NCBI GenBank assembly: GCA_040954595.2
Contig: CM082578.2
Location: 6,433,519 to 6,497,518, forward strand
Length of the DNA: 64,000 nucleotides
Direction of reading: 5' to 3'
From: Balanoglossus misakiensis
Lineage: Eukaryota > Animalia > Hemichordata
Part shown: piece by piece, positions 1-13,300 of the stretch
Layout of the letters: each line of letters starts with the position of its first letter
Position numbering within the stretch: the first letter of the stretch is position 1
Notes under the pieces: generated by a model
What the model was told of the DNA's origin: nothing
The model's input: the letters and a program-made list of their open reading frames with translations, nothing else
The model's database searches: none
Position numbers and translations under genes: made by a program

Positions 1-671
1 GTTAGCTGAAATTGAAAAACAATGTGTATCATGAGCTAAAGTTCCTGAACAGGGACACAGAAGAGTTTTATAGGGCCATCAAAATTCCCAAACCAATGAA
101 GAAGTCAAGAAAACCCTGAAAACGACCTTTCCTCGCTAAATCACCCGTCTTTCTGTTTATCATAAAGAACAGGCTACATGTACGTGTACATGTACACGTA
201 CACATGCCGTACCACGCCTATTAAATCTCAAATCTTGGGAAGTATCACATTCTCAGCTTCAGACAGCAGTCAGACAACAAAGGGAGATGTGCTATTTTCA
301 GTATCTAAATTATATGTCTCGTGAATTGGAATTTCTCAGCCACCACCCAGAATGAACATATGTATTTCTAGCTTTTGTGGTCGTGTGGGATCTAACATGT
401 ATTACTGCTACCATCATTGCAATCTATCCCTTGAACTTTAGACCAAGCAGATGACCTGTGCATGTGTGGCAAGGGATGGCATTGACACCAATTCATTTCC
501 AAAGAAGTAAATAAACAGCCTGCAGGGCTTGTATGTAGATACATGTGGCATGAATGAATTGGTCCGGAGGCAGCTGTTCATCAACCTCCATCAATCACTG
601 TATTAAACTGGAGATGTGGAGTACACGTATACCAAACTTCCAGAGGCACTGCTAAAAACCCTCCATTCCCT

Positions 672-1058
672 TAGTCTAGAATCTATCCGTTCGTAGTCGC
701 ATTCACCCTACTACCATCTAGGACCGCAGAACCAAAATCTAGAAAGGCCATAAAAATGGTAATTTGAATGTGAATAGTCTCCAACTGAGCAGTCTGACGT
801 CAGAGAAGTCAATCACTTACGTTGACCGACTACTGATTGGCAATGAGGTGATGACGTTGAATGTTAATTATGTTTACAATGTAGCTCCGCCCCGAATGAT
901 ACATAATCATGATCACGTGGTGACGCTTGACGTCAGACTGCTCAGTTGGAGACTATTCACATTCAAATTACCATTTTTATGGCCTTTCTAGATTTTGGTT
1001 CTGCGGTCCTAGACGGTAGTAGGGTGAATGCGACTACGAACGGATAGATTCTAGACTA
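672..1058. mobile_element. Non-autonomous TIR DNA transposon (MITE), 131-bp TIRs, 9-bp TSD; AcademH- or Mutator-like
   Basis: 672-802 is the reverse complement of 928-1058 (one mismatch seen). Termini TAGTCTAGA...TCTAGACTA. Exact flanking direct repeat CCATTCCCT at 663-671 and 1059-1067. Superfamily inferred from TSD length and TAG termini. Confidence 0.9.
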
Positions 1059-1184
1059 CCATTCCCTATGCATGAGTGCATTTGACAGATTGAGAACTAC
1101 AATGTACATGTGCATGTACAAGGGGGGAGAGGGGGTTAGGTGGGGTGGAGAGAGGACATGCCTGGTACTCAAAGTGGGTCACGC

Positions 1185-1311
1185 CAGCTGCAATAATTGC
1201 AGTGCTGGGTCGCTGTTTTCGCTTTTTACTGACTACATGTATGTCGGAGACCCTAATTGGACATGGTCGGAAAGCGAAAACAGCAACCTTCTGCTACAGT
1301 TATTGCTAGCA
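1185..1311. mobile_element. Degenerate small MITE related to the 5467-5575 element
   Basis: Starts AGCTGCAATAATTG like 5467. Arms GCTGTTTTCGCTTT / AAAGCGAAAACAGC are inverted repeats. Confidence 0.55.
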
Positions 1312-4300
1312 AGGGCCACACTAGCTCTTCCTACATACAACATGAGTTGATAAGCCAAGAATGCTGCGTGTCAAATACTCTTTAGAAAACAGAATCTGAA
1401 ACTGTTTCTCAGTATGACCACAAAAATTCCGACACCAAAGAATTCCAGTCACAGTGACTGGAAGATATTATGTTATATTTTACTGCTGGAGATACAGGAT
1501 TATGAGAGGTTCAAAACTACATGTACATGTATGTTCCTCTCTCTTGTACAAGGGTTGGTACAGTATGTAAAGCTGTGACTTTCAATACAAAGATGACTAC
1601 GAAATTCAAATACTACGCTAACATGATCACCATGAACTCCAAGATACCAAGAAAAAGCTCCTCCTCCCCAAGGGCTTATTAGTATAAACAGTTTAACGAG
1701 TTGTAATCAGTTTAATTGAGTCTTTACACTGAAGTAATCACATGTAATAGCCGCGGGTGTCTCTGTCGTATCAAGTTTCAGAATTCTGACATGACAACAG
1801 CTTCCACTTCTGAGTTCTCAAATGCTGACCTCAGTGTTAGATTTCCCCAAACGATGTAACAATTCTATGTACCGATTCTCTTTGTTGCTAAATGGAATGA
1901 CGTGTGGAATGTGGACATGTGTGGATATAGTGCTCAAACGCTGACTGCAAAAATGCACATTAATCACCAATAATTTATTTCATACAGTATGCTATCGGTA
2001 ATCTTGGGGGGGGGGGGGTGGCCTGGGCCCATAATTAAATGCTTGAGGGCAGTAAACTGCGCTGAAGAATATCAATTTAAAATCACTGTGGAAATTAAAA
2101 TGCATGTAAATACTGGTACATGTAATGGCACAATCAGATCACATCAAACACACGTCACATTATTTTTCTTGAAGATGATGTTTCCATCCAGTGTTCTGCT
2201 ACAACATGTGTGGGTATACTAATTACTAATGGCGAAAATAACAAGCTTCAGAGCAGAAGTGCTAATCTCTGTGAAACACGCATGCAGAAGCCGTCAATTG
2301 AGTTTCACACAGGAAACATTTCAAACCATGGGTAGACTTTACTAGACTGTCTCTTTCCTCTTGTCTGAAGTGACTTCCTTAATAGTTTGACACTTTCACC
2401 CAGTATACACACAGCATATCAAGTGTTGGCATGTAATTACACTTTGTACAGTGAGTAAGTGTTATACAGGAATTGATTTTCGAATCTAAGCCCCAATGCA
2501 ATATAATGTACACCTCTGGGATTGACAATTTGTCAATCACTTCAAGCAATGTGTCAAGTGTACTAGTAGTAGTGTGGTACATGTATAAATTTGTATTCTG
2601 TTTATCAGTGGCGCTTAGAATGATTTCCCCCCTGGAGATGTGATTGATATGTTGCTGGCTGCACGGACAGACACTCAGACTAGACTCATTCATTACACCG
2701 ATGATATATGTCCGCACATGGTACAGTATAGGAAAGGAGACGCATTATCTTTCATTCAGCGCACAGTGACCGAAACATTTGGCTTGCCGAGAAGGTAATG
2801 GTAATTGTCAATTAAATGCTGAGTACAAGCGATGGAATTGGAGGCAGTCTGAAGCTAAATCAAGACAAATGGATGTATGTCTCTTGGGAGGAAGCCATTT
2901 CCATTGATCGCGTCCACTTCAAGATGAGACTAAAAATGGGCGAACCGTTTCAGTGAAAGCCTGGGACAGGAAACCCTTTCATTGCTTCAAAAGAGACAGA
3001 CAAAGATACTAAAGTTTTTTCCTGAAAGTTATTGTGCTTAAACAATGCAACCTCTCAAACCCAAGTTCAACGAGGGCCACACCTGTAGTCTGTATGACCA
3101 TGCCATTACTTTTTACACAAATTACATGTACAGCAAAACAAAAACAAGGTACACACTTTTAATCTGTATATATGTTTCCCCTATCGACTGCACATTTTAC
3201 CCCCCCCCCCCAAAAAAAATAAATAATATCCTAGTACCATATTTAGAAGTTCAAATAGTTGCAGTGAAACTGACAAGTATACGTTCTCACAAGGGTCAAA
3301 ATTCCATAAGTTTCCAGAATTTTTTACAGCAATTTTCAAAGAATTCTGACGCAAAATATGACATGAAATAATTGTGTAGCCCTTTTGCAAGACCCTTTTC
3401 CACACGACCATTAATTTTGATTACAATGTATGCATTCTCTAAGAAGTTAATATAATAATTTCCCTGCCAGTTGCAGCTGACCGCTAAACCTGAATAGCGT
3501 ATTCACCACGGGGTCTAACTTTCTTCCTCTGGAATTCCGTTGCTAATTTGTGCATACCACGGAGCAACTGGTCCCAATTGCAAGTGTAACTGACCTTGGG
3601 TGATTTAATTGCCAGTTGTATGCGTGGATCAATTCAAGGGCACCTCTGCTGTGCTTGCCATCAGCTCTCCTTTACATGTAAGCGCTTCAACACATTTGAT
3701 ATGTGGAAGACCCCAACAGATTTATGGAGTCGGCTGCTCTGACTGGAATGTATCATTCTTCAAGCTGTACGTGTACATGTCAACACAGTTGTCCTACAAA
3801 GGACACTGAGAAGTGCCGAATCTACACATACTTTTTGACCATACATGTACCACATTTTCTGGCATACATTACATGTACATGTAGTTTCCCAAGTTTATGT
3901 CAACCTATCTGTACTACTTCAAGAATTAAAGCTGAATCAAAGCCTCTCTATCAGCTCATTGATGTACCAGATTGCTACACCAGCTGGTCTGGTTCAATGT
4001 TGTACATTGATGCTCCCACCCTGTCTACAGAGGAGAGACCCAGTGTAGGACCACATCTGTTAGGGATACTTGTCAACTACCCGACTTCCCTGCTGCACGA
4101 GGCTTGGCTTCAGAGAGAGGCACTGAGCGGAGTATGGCCTGCAAGGGGGGCTGTGAGAGAATCTTGTTACACATTTTGCAGAGCTAACATTTCATCGTTC
4201 ATTTAATTAAAGAAATCAACTGGGAATTTAACTATTGCTGATACAATTTTCTGCAAAAACGCCATTACAGCCACCACCTCACTGGTACCACTATCCCTCA

Positions 4301-5166
4301 TACTATTTATAGATATCTCTGCAACTCGCAAGTACACCAAGAGTAATTTATGGTAAACTTTTCAATTATCTTGCTAGTTTACCACAGTGATACCCCTCAT
4401 GACACAAACGACCACTTCTGTATCAGTGTCTTTAAAAAGCTTTAAACATTCTGTAACAGAAAGTGTGTACTATCAATCTAACACCAGAAGCTGCCATTCG
4501 ACCTTTACAGATTTTGCTGAAGTTGCCCTTTGACTCCACCTTTTGACAGTATTCTCCCTGACAAGGTTTTCATACCCTAGGAGGTCAACATGTGTACTAC
4601 ATCTATTAAATTTACAATAACCAAGGTGGGGTTTTTGAAATGAAGATGATGCATATGACCTTGTCCTTGGCGAGGAGGAGAATCATTCCTCCAGGGTCTA
4701 TGGTTTGATCGTTTTTTGCTGTCGAATTGCAATTTGCAAGCTCAAACAACGCATCAGGCAAAACAGGCTCAAGCTACAGTATAGCTGCTAGTGCAGTAGC
4801 TCAAGGTTTTGCCTTGTTCGTGTGCTAGATGGCAAATCCAGTTTAGGCAAAACTTACAATTTTAACAGAGCTACTGAACTGCAACCAGCTACACAGTGCT
4901 GTGCAGTCGACAGATCGGTCGTGTTTCAGAAGCTCAATCGTCAACTATTTCTGACATTTTCTAACTCACTACGCTAGGGTTAGATTTAGAAAACGTAAAC
5001 ATGAATACGGCGTGTATGCTTTAACATTTCCGAGACACGTTGCCCTGTCCTACTATTTGCCCGGCTCGCCATACCAACACACAGTCGCACAGCTGAAAAC
5101 ATTCCGACGACCGATCACCGTTTCAAACGTAAGCACAAATCTGGCAGCGCGCATAAATTCACTTAC

Positions 5167-5330
5167 CCGATTCATCGGATCCCTGCCGAAGACACGCAGG
5201 AACCCAACCGGGCATCCTGTCGACACAACACTTCGCGATTTGCGAAGCCGCGATTTCTAGTCTGGTAAAAGTTCTCCAGCTTCCTGCACACAAAGTTTTC
5301 AAGACTGACACCTTTCACCTCGTTCTGCGA
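5167..5330 (-). other. Probable first exon of an unidentified minus-strand gene (ATG at 5215 opens MPGWVPACLRQGSDES, coding or uORF)
   Basis: ACTTAC at 5161-5166 is a GTAAGT donor on the minus strand. CpG-rich context beside a promoter motif cluster; the downstream 1-4.7 kb is CpG-poor like a gene body. 5' end approximate. Confidence 0.45.
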
Positions 5331-5339
5331 ATAGTTTTT

Positions 5340-5382
5340 GATTGGTGAAAGACATGTCACATGACCAGATAACCCGGAAGTG
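5340..5382 (-). promoter_or_regulatory. Housekeeping-type promoter cluster: CCAAT box, E-box GTCACATGAC (USF/MiT-TFE-like), ETS site CCGGAAGTG
   Basis: GATTGGT 5340-5346, GTCACATGAC 5356-5365, CCGGAAGTG 5374-5382, all within 45 bp upstream of the candidate exon. Confidence 0.55.
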
Positions 5383-5466
5383 CCCGCTGCGTCTTGTAAG
5401 TTTGTACCACTGCCACCGCTGGCTGCGCTACCAGCGATACAGTGGGAATATGGGGTAGGGGCAGGG

Positions 5467-5575
5467 TAGCTGCAATAATTGTATTGTAGCCCTGGTGGGT
5501 TGGTTAATCGCTGACGGGGGGCTTGATCGCTGTCAGCGATTAACCAACCCACCAGGGCTACAATTATTGCAGCTA
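5467..5575. mobile_element. 109-bp hairpin MITE with TAG termini and 3-bp TSD (Academ-like)
   Basis: TAGCTGCAATAATTGTA..GCCCTGGTGGGTTGGTTAATCGCTGAC mirrored by GTCAGCGATTAACCAACCCACCAGGGCTACAATTATTGCAGCTA; GGG on both sides. Confidence 0.8.
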
Positions 5576-5741
5576 GGGACCAGACTATAAAGGGACTGGT
5601 CAGTTTCTTCGGCCTGGGGGCAGTGGGTTATTTTGTGTGGATATCAAAGATCGCCTAACCCCCCCTCGTTGAACATGGAAAAGTGGATGACCTCTACCTC
5701 TCCCATGAATCCCCCCCCCCCCAAAAAAAACAGTCCCTTAA

Positions 5742-6088
5742 AGGGACAAGGTCTCTCTCTCGCTGCCCTTTTTCCATTAATTATGTTTGATACAAGACAC
5801 CGTTTATGTTATTCTACATGTGGATATACAGTGTAATGTTTGACCACACACAACTTCCATCCTGTTTGTAGGGTATGAGATTAAAAATCTCACCAAAATG
5901 AATAAATGGTAAACACCGATTATTCATTTTGGCGAGTTTTTCACTCTTGTGTCTACAAGTGGAATGGAAGTTGCATGTGGTTGAACGTTGATTCACTATA
6001 TATACACATGTAGAATAACATAAACAGTGTCTTGTATCAAACATAATTAATGGAAAAAAAGGCAGCAAGAGAGAGAGACTTTGTCCCT
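5742..6088. mobile_element. Fold-back MITE with TTAA TSD and AGGGACA termini (Kolobok-like), copy 1
   Basis: TTAA-AGGGACAA...TTGTCCCT-TTAA; nearly fully palindromic; same family at 15693 and 54811. Confidence 0.85.
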
Positions 6089-7220
6089 TTAACCAAAGAA
6101 GAACATCAGCGTCAATCAAAGTGTGTTTGTTTTTATGTGCAAATCTTCTGTCAAATTTTACAGAAAAGTAAAGAAAACGCGTCAATGGAAAACAAAGAAA
6201 CTCACACTCCAAACTGTGGTGGCGCTCTCTAATTTCCACGTCACCCCTTCCTAGCCCTGCGCTTGCACTAAAATTATACTTGTAGTTGGACCAAAGCCGA
6301 CGATATTTCAAAACAACTGTATCGCAAATTGTTTTATGCAAATAACCTTCTCCAAAACTTCCACTTCTACAGGAACAGGGGCGCAAATCTTCCCCTGGGA
6401 ACATCAATCCACCGAATTATGCAAATATTACTGAATTATCTCTCGAAGTAATTCTTTAATATCAATCACGTGATCGGACCACGAGACCCGCAGCATTGTC
6501 ATTTCCCGGTGGGTGACGGACAAACAACATGGCGGCATCCAATAAAAGTTGCTCAAAGTATACAATTTTTGATGCTATAAACTGTGCGACCTGATGGATA
6601 ACAGTTGATGAGCTCGCGGTATAAGTTCATTTTCTATTGCCTGTTCCTTTAATACATGTCTCAGAAAGAGTCGCACTCTTATTGCAGAGCACATGTCGTA
6701 GGCCTATAATGCCATGGAGCGTGCCAATCATGTGTAACTATCTAAATTAAAAATTAATTTCTCCCCATATTTATTTTGTTTTCAGTTCCACTTTTAAGCT
6801 GCTTTGAAGATGTAGGCCTAGACGACCTCTCAATCAAGAATTCGACGTCCGGACCGACTGAGCTGGAATGCTCTTTCCTTCTGTTCGACACTAAAGCAGT
6901 AATGATGGAATGAAATCCTTTTAAACTCTCATCGCGACTCAACACAATGTGTGTCTTTCAGTGAATATTGGCATGATTTGTTATTAACGAACGCATTTTC
7001 ATTCCGTAATCGACAACATGTATACTGCGACTTGGGTTTGAAGATGGATTGTGGCGATGATAATGCAATATCGTACGATTGTACACAGTTGTGTACTAGT
7101 ATCTCCTGACAAAGGCCTTATTAAAGAGGTGCAAATTGGAAATTAATCTGGTGATTTAGTGGACTTCTAGCAGGGTTTGAAGATGGGTGACAGATGCCAA
7201 CGCAATCAAAACAGACATTT

Positions 7221-7568
7221 TTAAGGCCGACAATAATCTTATGCGCATGTGCGAAACTTTGTGTGTATGAACATTACGTCTCACCATTAGACCAACCTAA
7301 ATGTTCTGCAAATTTTGCGTTCAACGACAAAAAATGGACTGCCTTTGCTTCCCTCTATATTTCATGCGCAACGTATAAGTAGACTTTAGTTTTGTCCCTT
7401 CTTTGCACCAAATTCGCTGTGTTTTCCAATTCTCCGACAAAGCTATAGTCACCGCAATTTTGTCTGTTAATCAGGATATCACACCGCCTTATGGCATTGA
7501 CCGTATGCAATTTTTACAACCAGAGCCTCTGGTTTGGCACATGCGCATATGACGATCGTGGCCTTTTA
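7221..7568. mobile_element. Non-autonomous DNA element with short imperfect TIRs (TTAAGG...CCTTTAA type), copy 1
   Basis: Colinear similarity with 25701-26028 (ATGCGCATGTGCG..., TTAGTTTTGTCCCTTCTTTGC, CTCTGGTTTGGCAC..GCGCAT..GACGATCGT). Confidence 0.65.
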
Positions 7569-8479
7569 CTAGTAAATCCTAGCCAACAAATTCAATCGCA
7601 ACCTCAGATATTTTTTTTTATGTTAGAAACAATGGCAACGCAGATAGTGACTCGATCACCCTTAGTGCAGAATGTCAGAATAATAACAAAACACACAACG
7701 TCGGATAGACACGCTGTGTGGACATGCCACAATCATGACCCTCTCGCGCACGATTTGGGCCATACTGGGTAGCAGCGTGGAATAGTACAGGAAATCATTG
7801 ATGACAGAGTGGAAGACCCCGAGGCTATGGTTAAATCTCACAACACGACCTACCGTCCCTTCTCTATACGAAAATACCCCATCATCCATTAAAATTATTC
7901 CCTCCGGGTAGGACGAAGACCAATTTCGAAAGTAGAAATATTTGCTTCACAGACTATACCATCATCACGCACAGAAGGCAATAACGGTTGTACCAGTGAA
8001 ATATCAAAAGGCGCCGATAAGACTGACCCGCGACATACAAACATGTCAGAATTTTATAACCGTTTTTTTTTTTTTTGCAAACTGATAGCTTCAACAAATT
8101 TCTTGTTCCATATATCATCTTTTGTCTCATATGAATGGGAGAGCTAGGGGCAAAATTGGGCTCAAGGTATAAAAACATCTATTTGTCACAAACGAAGATT
8201 TATTGTTAAGAAAACAATAAATTGGCTCGAGTCATGGCTTTTAATCTAAAATCAATTCTCACGATACTTCTTCACTACATAGGTCCACGAAGAAATAAAA
8301 TAAATCATTTACCGTTATATTAAATCATTCATTTCTTGTTACGACGACTGGTATGGAAGACCATTACCTCCTTTTGCAATGTATGCAAATTATCTTAGAA
8401 TTTAAATTAAGACGTAATTAAAGTGTCTTGTATCGGATATATAAATACAACGATGCCAACTGTCAGCCTAAACGATTAA

Positions 8480-9200
8480 TGAATAAACGGGTTTATAGTC
8501 CTCGTCAACGCCCGAAATTCAATCTCGGAATGCCAATGACTAGAGTCTGTCTGACCTAATTGTATTAGAGACTCGCTTTAATGAATACCCACCTGTCTCG
8601 TGATTTGAGAAAACGACTCTATAATCAGCATACCAGCATGTTACGACCACCAAATGACCAAAGTGCGGTATTTCGGGAGGTTGACTGATGAAATTCTGTA
8701 CAGCAGCACCAGTAAATATCGTAATAGCAATACATGCGTAAAATGAAGATACCTTTTGCACAGAATGAATTACGTGCTGATCTGGCCAAATGGCATCGCG
8801 TGCGGTGATGTAACTGTTTAATTGAAATTTGGTCGTTTGGCAAAAAAGAAAACACATGAATAAGCAAAGTGTTGTCATCGTTAGTGCACGCCTCATCAAA
8901 AACCTATCAAACCATTCATTCGTGAGCTATATAAAAATATTTTCACAAAAAAGGTCGTTAATTAAGTTACGCTTCTCGAAACAGACACACAATGGCCTAT
9001 TTGACTCATAGTTAACGGAGTGAACAACCCCATGTACTTCGAGAACCCACGTACAGTGGATACTCCAAAAGCGACGAAATACTGCATGTAGGCAAGGTGA
9101 CCGTGATGTAGGCCTACACAAAGAATAGAACTCTCCGAAAAGCGAATGGAAAGTACCGTCAACTATTAATACAACCCCTGATGTAAGATATGGTGCGTCG
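8480..9200 (-). pseudogene. Decayed Mutator/MULE-type transposase remnant
   Basis: Ordered fragments on the minus strand: VDGTFHSLFGEFYSL (DGTF..P..F.QLY-like, D at 9160), TKFQ..ARDAIWP..HSVQ (DFE..A...FP...FH..Q-like), WHS-RLN with a frameshift near 8530 (EGWH..LN-like). Many stops and frameshifts. Confidence 0.4.
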
Positions 9201-10235
9201 GTCAGAGGAAACTCCAGGCGTATCCTGTGCGTGCATAGCAACCGCATGACGTGTCACTAAGTATGCCGGCGCCAACCTATCCACCGATAAAGATAATAGG
9301 GACATGTCTACATTTTGCATTGAATAGCACGTCTCACTCGCACATCTTATTGTCTGTCAATAGACCTTTTGGCACGAAAAGAAATAATCAATTCTTATAT
9401 TCCCGTGTCAAATCACATCATTTTTCCTTTTTGCGTTTGTCTGGTGTTTCGAGATCTCGCGAGACCAATTACGTGACTCGCATTTTCACGGACCCCTTGA
9501 AACATCAGTTTTTACCCGATTCTGAAGGGGAAAACGCCACATGATTTACGGTTGAAATGTGTGCATCGATAAGTTTTACATGTCGTGACTCTTACATGCC
9601 ATGCCAAAGGCGTTTACCACTCAATACCATGAGTGTAGGTAAGGCGAGAAGTGGACGGCAAAATTTAAAGGTTTAGGCGACGACCTGACAGGAGTCAAGT
9701 GATGGGCGCGGGAGCTCCGAGGTTTCTTTTTAAGTAACCGATAAGGGGGCGAGGGAACTTTGTTTTTTCCCGCCAGTTGCATCTCTGATCAGAGTGAAAT
9801 CGGGAAAGTGTCATGTTATCGACGTGTGCAAGGTTGTGCGGGGGTCAAATGTCTCGTCATCAGTGACTCAATCACGCAACTCCCCTGTCATCCCTACGCA
9901 CAAACCGGCCAGGGTTTACGTAAGAGCGATGCTAGCCAGAAAAACAATCACGTTTTTTTTATTCAGCAACCTGGTGAAAAGGATTTCTTCCGATGAAGTC
10001 ATTCGTACGGAGTTCATTTTCTGCCCTTTTCTCCTGATGTCAACCCAGTATTCAAAAGTATCATTCTACCCTGTTACGTTTGCATTGCTGTCTAAAATGG
10101 ACCAGCATACGCGTGGGAACAAAATGGGTACCCAAAATTTTGTGATATACTCGCATCTCAGTATGAAAGCATAGGTATGATTACTGGTGTGACTAAATAA
10201 GTTGTGACGATGTTAGAGTTCTTTGCATGGTTCAT

Positions 10236-10322
10236 ACCCAATCTGATTTTAAAAAATTATGCTGTCGACAACATAAAAAAACACGTCGCCGTTCCCTACA
10301 TCTGATTTTAATCAGATTGGGT
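10236..10322. mobile_element. Small internally deleted MITE (CCAATCTGATT family)
   Basis: ACCCAATCTGATT...CTACATCTGATTTTAATCAGATTGGGT; same terminus as 29420-29588. Confidence 0.55.
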
Positions 10323-13300
10323 TCATACCACTACCGCAGATTAACTGTATGCGAATTTCGTAAGCGCTGCTCGTTGACTTGCAATCATGTACGTCTAAAA
10401 TTGCCCACCCATGTTCGGAAAGAGTGGCGAAGATTTTCACAGAGAAAAATGTACATTTACATGAGAGCGTGTCTGCACAGACGCCTTACATCCGCCATCT
10501 GCGATGCATTTCGGAGCAATAAAAGTCGTGCTAAATGTCTATTTACGAATCTTTCATTTTTCACAGCCACGAGGGTATGCCAGGTACCGCGGCTTGGGTG
10601 CGTCATCGCCCTTAAAGACTTCCACTGCAGTAGGCCTACATATTACATTGACATCAGAATCTTCTCATCACACATCCATCTTACGGCCTATTAAACCAAT
10701 TGCATCAGCGCCGGAAAACGGTGTCATTTGTCGACTTGCCTGTACACTGCCGCCGGATTGGTGTTACAAGAAAAAAACTGTGTCAAATACAATGTTTGAC
10801 CAGATTTTAATGTCAGTATTTTTACCGTTGTTGACACTCATTACCTGCATGTTGTCCAATAAATCACATGTGCCGGATCCAGCTTTAAAAGAAGATTGAG
10901 AAATGCCCCCAAAGCACCTCGAGCCGCCTATGTGTCTAATTGAAAGTCGGTCTATTACGGCACGGTCAGCTGCAAGCGTAACCTCAGGATGCGACTATGT
11001 TAACAACGTCCAAACCTGAATTTCAAATTCCCCGGAGGAGGTTACGGATCTTCTGAAGACGACATTTAGCGTTCTCCTTGAAAATCAACCAGAGTGAATT
11101 AAGTTACCGATACAGGTGAGTGCGAGATAAAAAAAAACATTCACACCGCACCATGTTCCCTGCTGGGTTCATCGCGAACATATCCTGAAAGTAATGACAG
11201 GATAAATGGCCCTTCATAATTGACGTCCTCTCCTCCAAACGCGTACCAGTCTAGAACGGTTCGTTTTTCGCAAAACTCGAAATGTAAACGGCAATTTAGG
11301 ATATACAAGAAATCGTAACCAAGGCACGTTCCATCGGCGAGATTGACAATTATAAAGGATACTCCCTAATGCGAATAGACTACTTCAACGTTCATTTAAA
11401 TATATGCATATGCAAATGGAGTCAATTTTAGATAAATGATTCTTCTGTAAATAAATTTAAGAGGTTTTAAGAATATCTCCTTATAGGCCCCTACCTCTCT
11501 TGACTTGCCTAAAAGAATGTCAGGTTGCAATTACATAGCAGTAAGTTAGATTTAGTGGGAAATTATCAGGTAAGAAGTTTGGATTTCACTCTGAAGGGTC
11601 TCGTGTTAAATATGTCAACACTGATCAATACTGGGTGTATGATCATCATAAGGAGTGGACCATTTGATGTCTTAAAGAGTGGGGGGGAGGGTAATAAGTC
11701 TTAGACTAATTTTGTGGAGGATATGTTTTTACAATAACCGTTTTCTATGTTCATATTTCATGTTACTCATGGATGCAGTAATGCCAAAGTAAGGGCGTGG
11801 TGATCTTGGCTTCATTTACATCAACAGACTCAGTTGGATTTCACCCAAACCACATTCTTTTCATTGCTTGTGTTTTATACACATACGTTGAAAATAATTT
11901 ATTACGGCTGTGGATGAAAACTCATGCTAAAAACCAGGCTGACTGATTATTTTGCATTGCATAAAAGTCGGAAGAATTGAAATGAAATTGAACGTTACCT
12001 TTTCTCAGACAGAGGATGACTATATCCTAAGTGAGTGAAACATATCACCTGTTACTATTAATAGATGATCATCAGGGTGATGCCGACAACAGCGGCGTCA
12101 GGGATATATGTTTGATCCTGGGCTTCTGAATCAGCACGTTTATCTGTCGCACTCACTGGAGTGTGTCGTAACTGTTACGTAGAGAGAGATAGAGAGGGAT
12201 AGAGCGTGTGTGTGTGTTGTGACGCACGTACATTGTATGAGGTAAGTAGTATCCATGTCTTCGAGAAAATTCTACGCTCATAAGATGATTGGGCTGTGCT
12301 ATCGCACACACAAAAAAACGCAATTTTATGAAGAAGACGTCAGCCAGAACGTGTCTTGATTACATTTTCCCGGCAGTCTTGAATTTTCCGAGCGTGTTAA
12401 CAAACGTCGGTTGTTTGTCTGCTCGTTAGACTTACATCCCGTTCAAATCTGTCCATGTCACACACCGCCGTCGTAGCGATGCGGTAATGTATATGCGCCG
12501 CGCTTTCGCCGTCCGGTGTGCATCTCGGTTGCTGATCGGATAAGCAAAAACCTGCGCCGTTGAAACGCTCACAAGTTGCCGTTTAAGAGCGCGGCCGTTA
12601 ATTGCTTATGATTCCAGATCTGTGGAAATGACAAGGGTGAAGAAAACGCGTGAGCCGAAAGGGTTGAAAACGTGAAATCAGTATGTTTGTACCTACTTCT
12701 AGGTCAGAATCATTTTTGGTCAAAGATCACCCATTTTGAGAGTGATATGTGCTGTTACGTTTCAAAATGCTACAGTGAGACAACCCGCGGGCCTTGAAAG
12801 AACAAAAAATTACAGATATGCAATTTTAAATAATTATGTCCTCAATTGAAAAGGACATGAAAAGCACTCGTGTTCTCTATACGCCATTGGCATTTAATGC
12901 ATTCAACATTTTATATCTTTCTGTTACATATACCCTTTTCTGCTTTCAGGCAATATGTGCGCGTCGCTGTTTATATTAGATTTAAACGAGTACTGATTAT
13001 GGCTTCACGTCGTTACTTTCACTAATATCTGGTTAGATCTTTTCATTTGGACAGTAAAGATCCATGCTGGAAATGATGGGGATTTAAACAAAAAAAAGTG
13101 GAATTATGCCGTTAAGCCGCGGCACATGGAAGTTTTTATTGTAAAACGAGACTTGAGCAAATACAAATGTAAGAGGTTGATCTCCGAATATTACGTGACT
13201 GGAAACTAAAATTGTAAAAGTAGAATCGTTAAATATATACATCTGATTAAATTATGACATATTCATAAACGCCGCCTGCTGAGTCGAATCAGTAATCATG

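Noticed and set aside
5633-6407. Recurrent peptide LKGQ.LSL.ALFP..MFDTRH in ORFs at 5633, 5814, 15422 and 54726
   Set aside because: Translation of the Kolobok-like MITE TIR, not a gene family.
7840-7890. Minus-strand GYFRIEKG resembling a papain-family C-terminus
   Set aside because: Isolated octapeptide with no NSWG motif or exon structure.
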